A DNA stretch of 27,771 nt from a virus: the IMG/VR virus record IMGVR_UViG_3300048606_000091. One strand, given 5' to 3'. The translations under genes and the position numbers were made by a program. The notes under the pieces are model-generated. The model was given only the letters and a program-made list of their open reading frames with translations, had not been told where the DNA came from and did not search any database. The first letter of the stretch is position 1; each line of letters begins with the position of its first letter. Positions 8,556 to 16,659 of this stretch are shown here, piece after piece.

Positions 8556-8585
8556 AAAAAAAGGCCCCCTCGGGATGAGGGGGCC
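8556..8585 (-). terminator. Intrinsic terminator
   Basis: GGCCCCCTC-ATCCC-GAGGGGGCC plus T7. Confidence 0.85.
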
Positions 8586-8589
8586 GTGG

Positions 8590-8784
8590 TCAGGGCCGGG
8601 CCATCAGCCACAAGAAACCACCGATGAAAGTGGCCCCGCCGCCGATGATCGCGCCGAGCAAAGGAAGGGCGAACCAGCCGGTGGCCGGGCTGATCAGGCA
8701 CAGCCCGATGATCGCGAAAAGCAAGATCGGCAAACCAACATTCAGGAAGGCGAAACCATCGCGCTCCCACCCGGCGGCGATCAC
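8590..8784 (-). CDS. Small membrane protein, translationally coupled
   Basis: 64 aa, two TM segments; GTG start overlaps the TGA of the 38-aa MTNT peptide (GTGA). Confidence 0.65.
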   Translation of the reverse strand: MIAAGWERDGFAFLNVGLPILLFAIIGLCLISPATGWFALPLLGAIIGGGATFIGGFLWLMARP

Positions 8785-8897
8785 AGCGCCAGGAAAACGC
8801 GAGAGCGGGTGCGGACCGGGGCGGCCGGAGCCTTGGGCGCGGGGGTCGGGTACGAGGGGGCAGGGAAGGGGCGGCTGGCGGAGCTGGTGTTCGTCAT
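8781..8897 (-). CDS. 38-aa Pro-rich peptide (MTNT cassette)
   Basis: MTNTSSASRPFPAPSYPTPAPKAPAAPVRTRSRVFLAL; directly follows a cassette promoter. Confidence 0.7.
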   Translation of the reverse strand: MTNTSSASRPFPAPSYPTPAPKAPAAPVRTRSRVFLAL

Positions 8898-9059
8898 AGG
8901 ACAACACTAACATGGCAAGGCGAGCAAAACAAGAGGTCCAGCAAAATTGTTTTCAGGCCAGCAAACGAGCCCTGAGAGCAAGGCTAACAAGATCGGTAAG
9001 GCGAGCAAGGGAAAGGCCCCCGAACCGAGGTCCGGGGGCCAGATGGGCGAGTGAGAGGG

Positions 9060-9335
9060 TCAGGCGACCGGAGCACGGCGGGCATAGTCCGAGAGAGCCT
9101 CGGCAGCGGCGCAGAGCATGTCGGAACGAGCCTCCAGGCCCAGCCCGGTCAGCACGGCGAACGACTCGGCACCCCGGTCCTCGAAGTCGACCCAACCGAG
9201 GTCGGCCAGCCGCGCGGCCAGCCCGTACTCCCAGCCGGCGAGCCGCGAGGTCGAGACCGGGAACCGGAACATCAGGGGCGGAGCGGCCAGGGAGTCATCG
9301 AGGGACAGGGACCGGGGGGAGGTGGTGTTCGTCAT
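9060..9335 (-). CDS. Hypothetical protein (MTNT cassette)
   Basis: 91 aa; promoter at 9342-9370, hairpin at ~9015-9040. Confidence 0.8.
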   Translation of the reverse strand: MTNTTSPRSLSLDDSLAAPPLMFRFPVSTSRLAGWEYGLAARLADLGWVDFEDRGAESFAVLTGLGLEARSDMLCAAAEALSDYARRAPVA

Positions 9336-9427
9336 AGGACAACACTAACATGGCAAGGCGAGCAAAGCAAGAGGTCCAGCAAGATTGTTTTGGAGCCCCC
9401 CGAACCGAGGTCCAGGGGGCCAACCAA

Positions 9428-9757
9428 CTACCGGGAGCCCGTGCGGAAACCCACGTGAACCGAGGCCGGGATGATCGACCGGGCCAGCACGGCGAGCCCC
9501 TCGACATCCTCGGGGGCGCACGCGACCAGCCACGCGCCATCGGGAGAGCCGGAGAACTCGACCACCCGGGGGTCGGCGACCAGCGCGGTGCGCCACGCTT
9601 CGGGGGCCTCGTTTTTGACCCAACGGCCACCGACCACGATCGAGCCGCTGGCCAGGTGGATGATCGACAGCCGCCACGGGGTGGGGCCGAACGGGATGCG
9701 GCGATCCGACAGCGGGCGGTTGACGCGAGAGATGAATGGGATTTCAGTGCTCGTCAT
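9428..9757 (-). CDS. Hypothetical protein (MTST cassette)
   Basis: 109 aa starting ATGACGAGCAC 7 nt after TAGTGT; the longer track start runs through the promoter. Confidence 0.8.
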   Translation of the reverse strand: MTSTEIPFISRVNRPLSDRRIPFGPTPWRLSIIHLASGSIVVGGRWVKNEAPEAWRTALVADPRVVEFSGSPDGAWLVACAPEDVEGLAVLARSIIPASVHVGFRTGSR

Positions 9758-9850
9758 AAAAGCAACACTACACGAGCAAGGCGAGCAAGTCAAGAGGTCC
9801 AGCAAGATTGTTTTGAGGGCCCGCAACCGAGGTCACGAGCCCCCAACCGA

Positions 9851-10225
9851 TCAACGAAGATCCGCGTACTGGCCGACCGAGAGATCATCAAAGGTCGGGC
9901 GATCCACGAACACAGAGCCGGTTTCACCCTCGGAGGTCCGCAGGTCCACCCGGAACGCCTCGGGCACATCCTCGTCGCCATAGATCGGGGTCGAGATGTC
10001 GATGTCACCATCAGCATCGGTGTCGATGTCGATCGATGAGACCTCCACGATTTCCGTGTGGGCCGGCACGACGACCAGCGCGTCCACCCGACCGGAGGTC
10101 ACGGCGTTGGCGGAGCTGATGACCATGAAAGCGATCAAGCCCACGATGGCCGCCACGGTGGCGACCAGCAGAGCGGCAACGGGGTCGATGGAGGAGAGGC
10201 GGCGGGCAATTCCGGTGTTCGTCAT
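9851..10225 (-). CDS. Membrane-anchored hypothetical protein (MTNT cassette)
   Basis: 124 aa; N-terminal TM helix then an acidic beta-rich domain. Confidence 0.8.
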   Translation of the reverse strand: MTNTGIARRLSSIDPVAALLVATVAAIVGLIAFMVISSANAVTSGRVDALVVVPAHTEIVEVSSIDIDTDADGDIDISTPIYGDEDVPEAFRVDLRTSEGETGSVFVDRPTFDDLSVGQYADLR

Positions 10226-10280
10226 GACACAAAGCTACACGAGCAAGGCGAGCAAGTCAACAGGTCCAGCAAGATTGTTT

Positions 10281-10379
10281 TCAGCGTGGGCAGGCACACA
10301 CGATGACCAGCCGACACCCGGGGCACGGGATGGGCTGGGGGTTCAGGCCAGCCCACCACGCACGCAAGCGAGTGATCAT
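10281..10379 (-). CDS. 32-aa Cys-rich peptide, translationally coupled
   Basis: MITRLRAWWAGLNPQPIPCPGCRLVIVCACPR; TGATG overlap with the upstream stop. Confidence 0.45.
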   Translation of the reverse strand: MITRLRAWWAGLNPQPIPCPGCRLVIVCACPR

Positions 10380-10666
10380 CAACTGACCGTGTTGACCAGC
10401 GCGGACAGCACGGCGGAGAACTGGACCTCCGAGGCACACGACAGCCGCACCCGGCCGGTCTCGATCAGGTAGGTGCCAGAGCCATTCCAGCGCGGCCGGT
10501 GAGCCATCAGGATGACCTCCCAGCACCCATCGGCGTCCAGGATGGACAGAGCGAGCATCTTCGAGCTGTGGTGAAACAAGCCGCTCGCGCCATTGAGGGT
10601 GAAGCCGAGAGCCTGGGCCCACTGGCGCTGGCGATCCATGACCGGGGAAAGCGTGGTGTTCGTCAT
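10379..10666 (-). CDS. Hypothetical protein (MTNT cassette)
   Basis: 95 aa from MTNTTLSP. Confidence 0.8.
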   Translation of the reverse strand: MTNTTLSPVMDRQRQWAQALGFTLNGASGLFHHSSKMLALSILDADGCWEVILMAHRPRWNGSGTYLIETGRVRLSCASEVQFSAVLSALVNTVS

Positions 10667-10773
10667 AAGAGAAACACTACACGAGCAAGGCGAGCAAGTC
10701 AAGCATTTCAGCAAGATTGTTTTCAGGCAAAAAAGAGACCCGACTCCAGGGGAGCCGGGCCGGGTGGATGGGG

Positions 10774-11118
10774 TCAGACGGACAGGATCGCCACCGCGCG
10801 ACGGATCAGGGCCAGCGACACGCCGGTCGCGTCCATCTCGACCTTGCGCGCGTCGGCATACGGGGAGCTGACCAGCTCGGCCAGGTCCGCGCCACCGATG
10901 GAAGCGAGCACGGTCCACTTCCGAGCACCCGCCGCGCCGGAGAGCACAGACACCCGGGCGCCCGACTGATCCGAGTAGGAATCCCGGTCCACCACGACCT
11001 GCACGACCTCACCGTTGACGTGGAAGGTCTCGGTGAAGATCACGCGCTGGCTCGACTTGCGGGTGAAGGAGCGGTCAACGGAGGTGAAGGGCTGGGCGAC
11101 TGCTGCGGTGTTCGTCAT
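10774..11118 (-). CDS. Hypothetical protein (MTNT cassette)
   Basis: 114 aa from MTNTAAVA; hairpin plus T tract at ~10728-10762. Confidence 0.8.
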   Translation of the reverse strand: MTNTAAVAQPFTSVDRSFTRKSSQRVIFTETFHVNGEVVQVVVDRDSYSDQSGARVSVLSGAAGARKWTVLASIGGADLAELVSSPYADARKVEMDATGVSLALIRRAVAILSV

Positions 11119-11233
11119 AGGACAACCATACCCTGGCAAGGCGAGCAAGTCAAGCATTTTGCCAAGATTGTTTTGAGAGACGACTGAGGCCCCGCAACCG
11201 GGAGGTCACGGGGCCCGTCGAACGGAGAGGGGG

Positions 11234-11578
11234 TCAGCCCAGCACGACCAGGTCAGCGGCTGCCCACGCGGCCTCCAGGCGAGCCTGACCAGCCTCGGTC
11301 AGGCGGTAGGTCACCCGGCCATCCTGCTCGCCGGAGACCCATCGGCGCTCGGTGACCAGCCCGTGATCCACGAACACGAGGATGGCGGTACGGCGCTCGA
11401 CAGAGAAACCGGACAGGTCGGCGGAGTACGCCTTGGCGGCAACCGAGGCCACCCAGTTCAGGTACCGATACGGGGTGGCGATGACAGTCAGATCGGTGGT
11501 GAAGCTCGGGACCGCGTCCACGAACTCGACGTGATCGAAGTTGTCGGTGGCCTCGGGGGTGTTTTCGATGTTCGTCAT
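11234..11578 (-). CDS. Hypothetical protein with a winged-HTH-like C-terminus (MTNI cassette)
   Basis: 114 aa; GLV..RRW..GRVTYRLTEAG resembles the wing/C-terminal motif of PadR/MarR-type wHTH proteins. Confidence 0.7.
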   Translation of the reverse strand: MTNIENTPEATDNFDHVEFVDAVPSFTTDLTVIATPYRYLNWVASVAAKAYSADLSGFSVERRTAILVFVDHGLVTERRWVSGEQDGRVTYRLTEAGQARLEAAWAAADLVVLG

Positions 11579-11692
11579 AAGAAGAACACTACACGAGCAA
11601 GGCGAGCAAGTCAACAGGTCTAGCAAGATTGTTTTGAGCAAGCGAAAGGGCCCGCAACCGAGGTCACGGGCCCTGAGGGTCGGATGATCTTT

Positions 11693-12010
11693 TTACCAGG
11701 TCAGCGCGTCCGTGTAGGAGCCGAGTTCGATGATCTCGCCCTGGGGCATCTCGAAGCCCTGCGAGCCGGCGTCCAGCACCTCGCCGAGCGTGCCATTCCA
11801 ATACGGGCCACGCGGCGCGGTCGCGCTGATCGTCACCGATCGCTCGTCCCGCACCCAGGTGGTCAGCGACCGAACGAAGGCCAGGAACTCCTGCCAGCTC
11901 TCATACTCGGCCCACTCGTAAGAGTCGCCCTCGACCTGCTCGATCTTGCGCTCGATGGCAGCCTGCACAGCTTTGACAACGTCCTGGGCGGTGAATTCGG
12001 TGTTCGTCAT
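11693..12010 (-). CDS. Hypothetical acidic protein (MTNT cassette)
   Basis: 105 aa. Confidence 0.8.
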   Translation of the reverse strand: MTNTEFTAQDVVKAVQAAIERKIEQVEGDSYEWAEYESWQEFLAFVRSLTTWVRDERSVTISATAPRGPYWNGTLGEVLDAGSQGFEMPQGEIIELGSYTDALTW

Positions 12011-12123
12011 GACACAAAGCTACCAGCTACAGGCCAGCAAGTCAAGCATTTCAGCAAGATTGTTTTCAGCGGACATGAGAGAAGCCCCGGACACCTTGCG
12101 GCATCCGGGGCTCGGTGGGCAGG

Positions 12124-12399
12124 TCAGATACCGAGTAGGTAATCCAGCTCGATCTCAGCGGCGGAGCGAGCCCGGTCCAGCGCGTCAGAGCCGCCCGAGG
12201 TGAGATCGAGCAACCGGGTTCGGCCGTCAACGCTGAACCGAACGGTGATGGCGCCCGCGTCGACCAGGGTGCGGATGGTCGCGTCCACGCGTCGGTCGAC
12301 CTGCAGCACACGCAGCGACCGACCATGATCGCCGCCCGCGCCCGCGTCGATGCGAGAGAGCAGATCGAAGGGAGTTTCAACAACCACTGTGTTCGTCAT
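12124..12399 (-). CDS. Hypothetical protein, possibly wHTH-like (MTNT cassette)
   Basis: 91 aa from MTNTVVVE; IRTLVDAGAI...LLDLTSGG pattern; hairpin at ~12083-12112. Confidence 0.75.
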   Translation of the reverse strand: MTNTVVVETPFDLLSRIDAGAGGDHGRSLRVLQVDRRVDATIRTLVDAGAITVRFSVDGRTRLLDLTSGGSDALDRARSAAEIELDYLLGI

Positions 12400-12439
12400 A
12401 GGACAACCATACCCTGGCAAGGCGAGCAAGTCAAGCATT

Positions 12440-12742
12440 TCAGCCGAGAAGTTTGTCGAGATCGATCTGCGGCAGACCACGCCAGACCTCCTTGACCACC
12501 TGCTCGGGGCTGTCGTCGGTCCACAGAGGATGCTCCGGGCCGATGAACAGCCCAGCCATCTCCGAGACCTCCACGCGCGTGTCCGCAAACACAGCGCGCA
12601 CCCGGATGGTCCGGCGGAAGCCCAGCCACAAGGTGGAGATCTTCGTGACCAACAGGAGCCGGCCGGTCAGCTCGATCGGGGCGAACATCGGGTGATATTG
12701 CACGAAGTCATTCTCGTCGAACGACGGCTGCCACTTGGTCAT
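12440..12742 (-). CDS. Hypothetical protein
   Basis: 100 aa from MTKWQP; ATGA-coupled to the upstream MTNT gene. Confidence 0.7.
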   Translation of the reverse strand: MTKWQPSFDENDFVQYHPMFAPIELTGRLLLVTKISTLWLGFRRTIRVRAVFADTRVEVSEMAGLFIGPEHPLWTDDSPEQVVKEVWRGLPQIDLDKLLG

Positions 12743-12999
12743 GATCGGCGGGTGATGGTGATCGAATACTCCGAGCCGTCCATGACCCGGACGACCAGAC
12801 CTCGGTCCCGAGACAAGATCGTGTAGTCCTCGAAAGTGGTCACGGCCCGGACCTCGTCCTCCAGAGCCTCCGCTTCCTCCTGGGGCGAGCCTTCGAGCAG
12901 TTGCTGCAACGCGCGCTCGATCAGCACCTCGATGGTGATCTCCGGCGGCGCCGGGTAGACCGCGTCCTGCATTTCCTGGAAGAGCTTCGTGTTCGTCAT
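12739..12999 (-). CDS. Hypothetical acidic protein (MTNT cassette)
   Basis: 86 aa. Confidence 0.8.
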   Translation of the reverse strand: MTNTKLFQEMQDAVYPAPPEITIEVLIERALQQLLEGSPQEEAEALEDEVRAVTTFEDYTILSRDRGLVVRVMDGSEYSITITRRS

Positions 13000-13047
13000 A
13001 GGACAACCATACCCTAGCTAGGCGAGCAAGTCAAGCATTTTGACAAT

Positions 13048-13079
13048 AAAAAACCCCGTGACTCTTGCGAGCCACGGGG
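13048..13079 (-). terminator. Intrinsic terminator
   Basis: CCCCGTGGCTC-GCAA-GAGTCACGGGG plus T tract (GNRA tetraloop). Confidence 0.85.
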
Positions 13080-13090
13080 CACCCGGATGG

Positions 13091-13486
13091 TCAGCTGCAG
13101 GCGTAGTAGTCGACAGAGTCCACGATCATGAGCTGGGTGGCGATGCCATACGGAGCCTGCACCCCGGCATAGCCCTTGTCCTTGAGGCAGCTCACCGTGC
13201 CAGGCGTGGTGATATTCACGTACACGTACTGCGGGTTGGTGAACGGGGTGAACGTGCCGTTCCCGCCGTCATGCGTGATCGAGAGCGTGCCACCGGGGAC
13301 CTTGTAGCCCTGACCCGCGTCGGGGATCGGGTTGTGCGGGCCCCAGAGCAGGAACGCGCCAGCTGTCAGAGCGACTGCTACCAGTGCGACCACGATCAGC
13401 TGGGCGAGCCGGCTGAGCTTGAGGGAAGGGACAGGGATGGAGATCTGCTTGCGGGGGGTGGGCTCTACGGCCTCTGTGTTCGTCAT
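13091..13486 (-). CDS. Membrane-anchored hypothetical protein (MTNT cassette)
   Basis: 131 aa, one TM helix; CL..KGY.G motif loosely shared with 7484..7894. Confidence 0.8.
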   Translation of the reverse strand: MTNTEAVEPTPRKQISIPVPSLKLSRLAQLIVVALVAVALTAGAFLLWGPHNPIPDAGQGYKVPGGTLSITHDGGNGTFTPFTNPQYVYVNITTPGTVSCLKDKGYAGVQAPYGIATQLMIVDSVDYYACS

Positions 13487-13528
13487 AGGACAAACATAGC
13501 ATGAGGCAAGCAGGATAGCAAGTCCATC

Positions 13529-13780
13529 TCAGATAAACTTTCCAGCACCGTACTTGCTGCGGCGGCCGAACCGGAACCCGTGACAGCTACAGCCGCCGGG
13601 GTCCGGTTCGTGCGTGTGACAGAACACAGCGGTGTCTTCACCGAACACCCGTGCTAGAAGGGCGGCGAGCCGTCCAGCCCGATGGCGTCCGCGAACTCCT
13701 CGTCGGTCATGCGACCGAAAGTGGTGCCCGCATACGCAAAACGCTTCCGGGTCGACCGGTACTTGGTTGAGGGAAGGCAT
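13529..13780 (-). CDS. Hypothetical Cys/His-rich protein
   Basis: CxCGH...H...C...CxC..F pattern; overlaps the HAD gene 3' end by 127 nt. Confidence 0.5.
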   Translation of the reverse strand: MPSLNQVPVDPEAFCVCGHHFRSHDRRGVRGRHRAGRLAALLARVFGEDTAVFCHTHEPDPGGCSCHGFRFGRRSKYGAGKFI

Positions 13781-14388
13781 GCAACTGGCTTCGGCTGCCG
13801 GATCTCATATGTCACAGTCATATCCCACGCCAATCGAGCCGTCTTCAGCCATGCTGCCACAGCTTCGAGGTCATGCATTTGGATCCCTACGTAGGGGTCG
13901 ACCTCGTGCAAAAGTGTCGGAAGGTTGCGACGTGAGTTATCAAACCCGGAGGCAGCTCGCTTGCGCGCGTGATGCGTGAAACTATCATCTAACCACGCGA
14001 GAGGTCGGCCAGCCGCGAAGCTCTGCATCGCCGGGAACTTCCACAGCTTCGAGCCTGCTCGATGTCCGTGAAAGTCCACCCACGGTAACCGTGGTAAACC
14101 GAGAGCCGGCGAGACGATGGTGTTTGCGTTGTGCTCCCACAACGATGCCCAGACAAGCTCAACGTCGTGCTCGATCGAGAACGCGCGGAGCATCCCCCCG
14201 TGCTTGGGCGACAGGAACAGATTCGAGTACGGAATCCATGTCGAGCCGGGCACATAGCTCACCTGGTTACGCCACGGCACCGACCGGAAGCCTCGGGCGA
14301 GCACGTTCTTGATCTCAGCCTTGTTGTGGGCTCGTGGATTGAGGGGACCATCGATGTCGATAGCCAGAATGGGCGTAGTGTTCGTCAT
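13654..14388 (-). CDS. HAD-superfamily phosphatase (Swiss Army Knife RNA-repair-like HAD type) (MTNT cassette)
   Basis: Motif I LAIDIDGPLN, motif II LVWASLW, conserved K, motif IV LAWLDD; promoter TTGACA-17-TATACT. Confidence 0.85.
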   Translation of the reverse strand: MTNTTPILAIDIDGPLNPRAHNKAEIKNVLARGFRSVPWRNQVSYVPGSTWIPYSNLFLSPKHGGMLRAFSIEHDVELVWASLWEHNANTIVSPALGLPRLPWVDFHGHRAGSKLWKFPAMQSFAAGRPLAWLDDSFTHHARKRAASGFDNSRRNLPTLLHEVDPYVGIQMHDLEAVAAWLKTARLAWDMTVTYEIRQPKPVACLPSTKYRSTRKRFAYAGTTFGRMTDEEFADAIGLDGSPPF

Positions 14389-14469
14389 AACAGGAGTATA
14401 GCAAAAAGCCAGCAAACTGTCAAGTCTGCTGGCCCTTGCTCTTCCCGCCCGGGAAAGCCTAGCTACATA

Positions 14470-15531
14470 CTACCCTCGCACACCGGTCCACACAATCTCG
14501 GTCAGCTCACGCTGGTATCGATCCTCGATGCGGTGGAACCAGTCACCCGGGATACCCGCCGGGTCATACGCGCCCGCGAGAGCACCGGTGATGGCAGCCG
14601 TCGAATCACTGTCGCCACGCGTCCAGGCAGCCGCTCGGATCGAGTCCACGAAGCCGAGGTCGGCATCGAACACACCCACGGCCATGGCCACAGCCTCGCG
14701 AGCCCGCCACCCCTGGCCCGAGTAGTCCGCCGGGTCGAAAGTGAACAGCTCTCGCGTCTTCAAGGCAGCCGTCAGATCGCCGGCAGCCATCGCAATCCAC
14801 CGGACGTGCTCGATGCCCTCGCGAACGTAGTCTTCCGGAGATTCGTGGTGCTTGCTCTGGTCATCGCTCTCGACTACCAGCTTCCACAAGATCGAGCCCA
14901 GCCCGATCGAGTCGTACGCCATGTCCTCGTGTGCATCCGCCCACTCGGACAGGAAGCCGACAGCTCCACCGGGAGCCACGTTGCCTCGGGCGATCTCTCG
15001 GGTCAGAGAGGCCAGAGCGGCAGCCGCGAACGCATTCTCCGCCGGACCGTGCGTGAGCACAGCCTGCATCGCTGCCACGGTGAACAGCTGCTCGTCCGAG
15101 ACCTTGTCCGACAGACCAACCCACGCCGCGCGCATGACCGAACCGCAGCCAGCCGAGGTGTGCGAGGTCGCCTGCTGCCAGCCACCCAGTCCCATCCGAG
15201 AAAGCTTGGCCAGCGCGGACATGCAGGTGTTGCCCGGAGCACGAGCCCAGCCAGTGGCCTGCTCGTCATACCAGGTGTCGAACTCGACGGCCAGCTCCTG
15301 GCGGAGCAGTCCGAGGTGCTCACCGTCCCACGCCTCGATCGCCTTCATGACGTAGATGGACATCTGGGTGTCATCGGTCACCCGGAACCGCGCCGGGGCG
15401 ACCGGACCCTTGCCGTCCATGGGCGGGTGCGCGAACTCGATGGGATCACCATATGCATCTCCGCACGCCAGACCCCACACGGCTCCGGCGAATCGGTTCT
15501 GGTCAATCTGCACGTTCTCTGTGTTCGTCAT
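14470..15531 (-). CDS. ADP-ribosylglycohydrolase (DraG/ARH family) (MTNT cassette)
   Basis: GLACGDAYG, TDDTQM, GxGSVMR, TH and GDSDSTAAITGAL motifs. Confidence 0.93.
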   Translation of the reverse strand: MTNTENVQIDQNRFAGAVWGLACGDAYGDPIEFAHPPMDGKGPVAPARFRVTDDTQMSIYVMKAIEAWDGEHLGLLRQELAVEFDTWYDEQATGWARAPGNTCMSALAKLSRMGLGGWQQATSHTSAGCGSVMRAAWVGLSDKVSDEQLFTVAAMQAVLTHGPAENAFAAAALASLTREIARGNVAPGGAVGFLSEWADAHEDMAYDSIGLGSILWKLVVESDDQSKHHESPEDYVREGIEHVRWIAMAAGDLTAALKTRELFTFDPADYSGQGWRAREAVAMAVGVFDADLGFVDSIRAAAWTRGDSDSTAAITGALAGAYDPAGIPGDWFHRIEDRYQRELTEIVWTGVRG

Positions 15532-15621
15532 AGGACAATCATACCACAGGTCAGCAAGGATAGCAAGTCCAGAAACGACAGAGCCCCCGACCCGGAGGCC
15601 AGGGGCAGTCGAGCGGGTGGC

Positions 15622-16083
15622 TCAGAGCTTGATCAGGAACCCTACGCCGTGGTTCACACCGCCGCAGCTGCAGACGCACAGCGGGCCGGTGGCGAACTCG
15701 CAGCGGCTGTCGCAGTGGTGGTGCTCGGCGTCCGAGACGGTGCCTACCAGCTGCTTGGCCTTGACCTTGACGGTCTTGCCGTGGTTGCTGCAGTGCAGCT
15801 TGAACGGGTGGTCCTTGACCGCGTGGGTCTTGCAGCCCTTGACATAGCACTTCGCGGAGAAGCGACCGTACGCCTTGGGCTGGTGGTCGATGACCTTAGG
15901 AGCCTCAACCGTGATCTCGGTGGTCGCGGGGACCTCAACCACCATCGCACCGAAGTACTTGTTGTGGAAGCAGTCCTTCACGTCCTTGACGGTGGGGTGG
16001 TACTTCGGAGCCTGGAAGGTGGAGCAGTTGCCGCACTTGATCTGGAGGGGGGACTCGGTGGCTGCCTGCGCTGTGTTCGTCAT
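15622..16083 (-). CDS. Cys/His-rich multi-zinc-finger protein (MTNT cassette)
   Basis: 153 aa with CxxC...H...C, CxxxxC..H, CxxH and CDxRCxxAxGxxCxCxCGGxNHG. Confidence 0.8.
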   Translation of the reverse strand: MTNTAQAATESPLQIKCGNCSTFQAPKYHPTVKDVKDCFHNKYFGAMVVEVPATTEITVEAPKVIDHQPKAYGRFSAKCYVKGCKTHAVKDHPFKLHCSNHGKTVKVKAKQLVGTVSDAEHHHCDSRCEFATGPLCVCSCGGVNHGVGFLIKL

Positions 16084-16152
16084 GTAAGTAATATAGCACG
16101 GAGCAGCAAGGCAAGCAAGTAGTTATTTCAAGAATCTTCTAGCAAGATGAGA

Positions 16153-16189
16153 CTGCCCTGCAGGCTACGGAACAGAACCTGCAGGGCAG
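16153..16189. terminator. 12-bp inverted repeat, probable terminator
   Basis: CTGCCCTGCAGG...CCTGCAGGGCAG. Confidence 0.55.
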
Positions 16190-16216
16190 GTCATCGGGGA
16201 GATGACCAAAGGAGTA

Positions 16217-16327
16217 CTACCCGGAGAGCAGGCAGTAGTACACATCATTGAACGTGGTCATCAACGCCAGAGCCAACGCGGAGCAGCCGACGATGCAGAG
16301 CACGATGCCCAGCTTCTCCTTGGTCAT
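16217..16327 (-). CDS. 36-aa membrane peptide
   Basis: MTKEKLGIVLCIVGCSALALALMTTF...; ATGA-coupled to 16324..16659. Confidence 0.5.
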   Translation of the reverse strand: MTKEKLGIVLCIVGCSALALALMTTFNDVYYCLLSG

Positions 16328-16659
16328 CGCTTCCCGCTCTTGACCCACTCGCAGGAGCCGTGCAGCTCCACCACCTTGTCGGAGGGCTTGACGGTGAACA
16401 CACCCGGGCCCTGCAAGTTGCCGTTCTGCGAGATCGTCCCGAACGAGCCGCCCGAGAAGTCCTTGTCGACCTCGAAGTAGCAGCTCTCGCGGGCCAGGTT
16501 CGCTGTCTTGTAGGTGCCTGGCGGGATGTCATCGCCCACCACGTACATGCCAGCCGCGAAGCTCACCGGTGGTGCGGGGACGACCTCGGCCGCGTGCGCG
16601 AACGGTGCGTTCAGCACGACCAGCAGGGCGGAGCCCAGGATCAGGATGAAAAGCCTCAT
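16324..16659 (-). CDS. Secreted protein
   Basis: Signal peptide ending AHA, then GMYVVGDDIPPGTYKT..CY..GSCEW, a pattern common in actinobacterial exported proteins; GGAAGG SD. Confidence 0.8.
   Translation of the reverse strand: MRLFILILGSALLVVLNAPFAHAAEVVPAPPVSFAAGMYVVGDDIPPGTYKTANLARESCYFEVDKDFSGGSFGTISQNGNLQGPGVFTVKPSDKVVELHGSCEWVKSGKR

Noticed and set aside
9758-14415. Longer ORF-track starts for cassette genes (e.g. 9826, 10918, 11157, 11641, 12588, 14415)
   Set aside because: The extensions just translate the repeated promoter (LLDLLTCSPCSCS etc.); the ATG 6-7 nt after the -10 box is the consistent start
14131-16122. 663-aa plus-strand ORF
   Set aside because: Antisense shadow of the HAD, ARH and zinc-finger genes; Arg/Gly-rich with no motifs, typical of high-GC DNA
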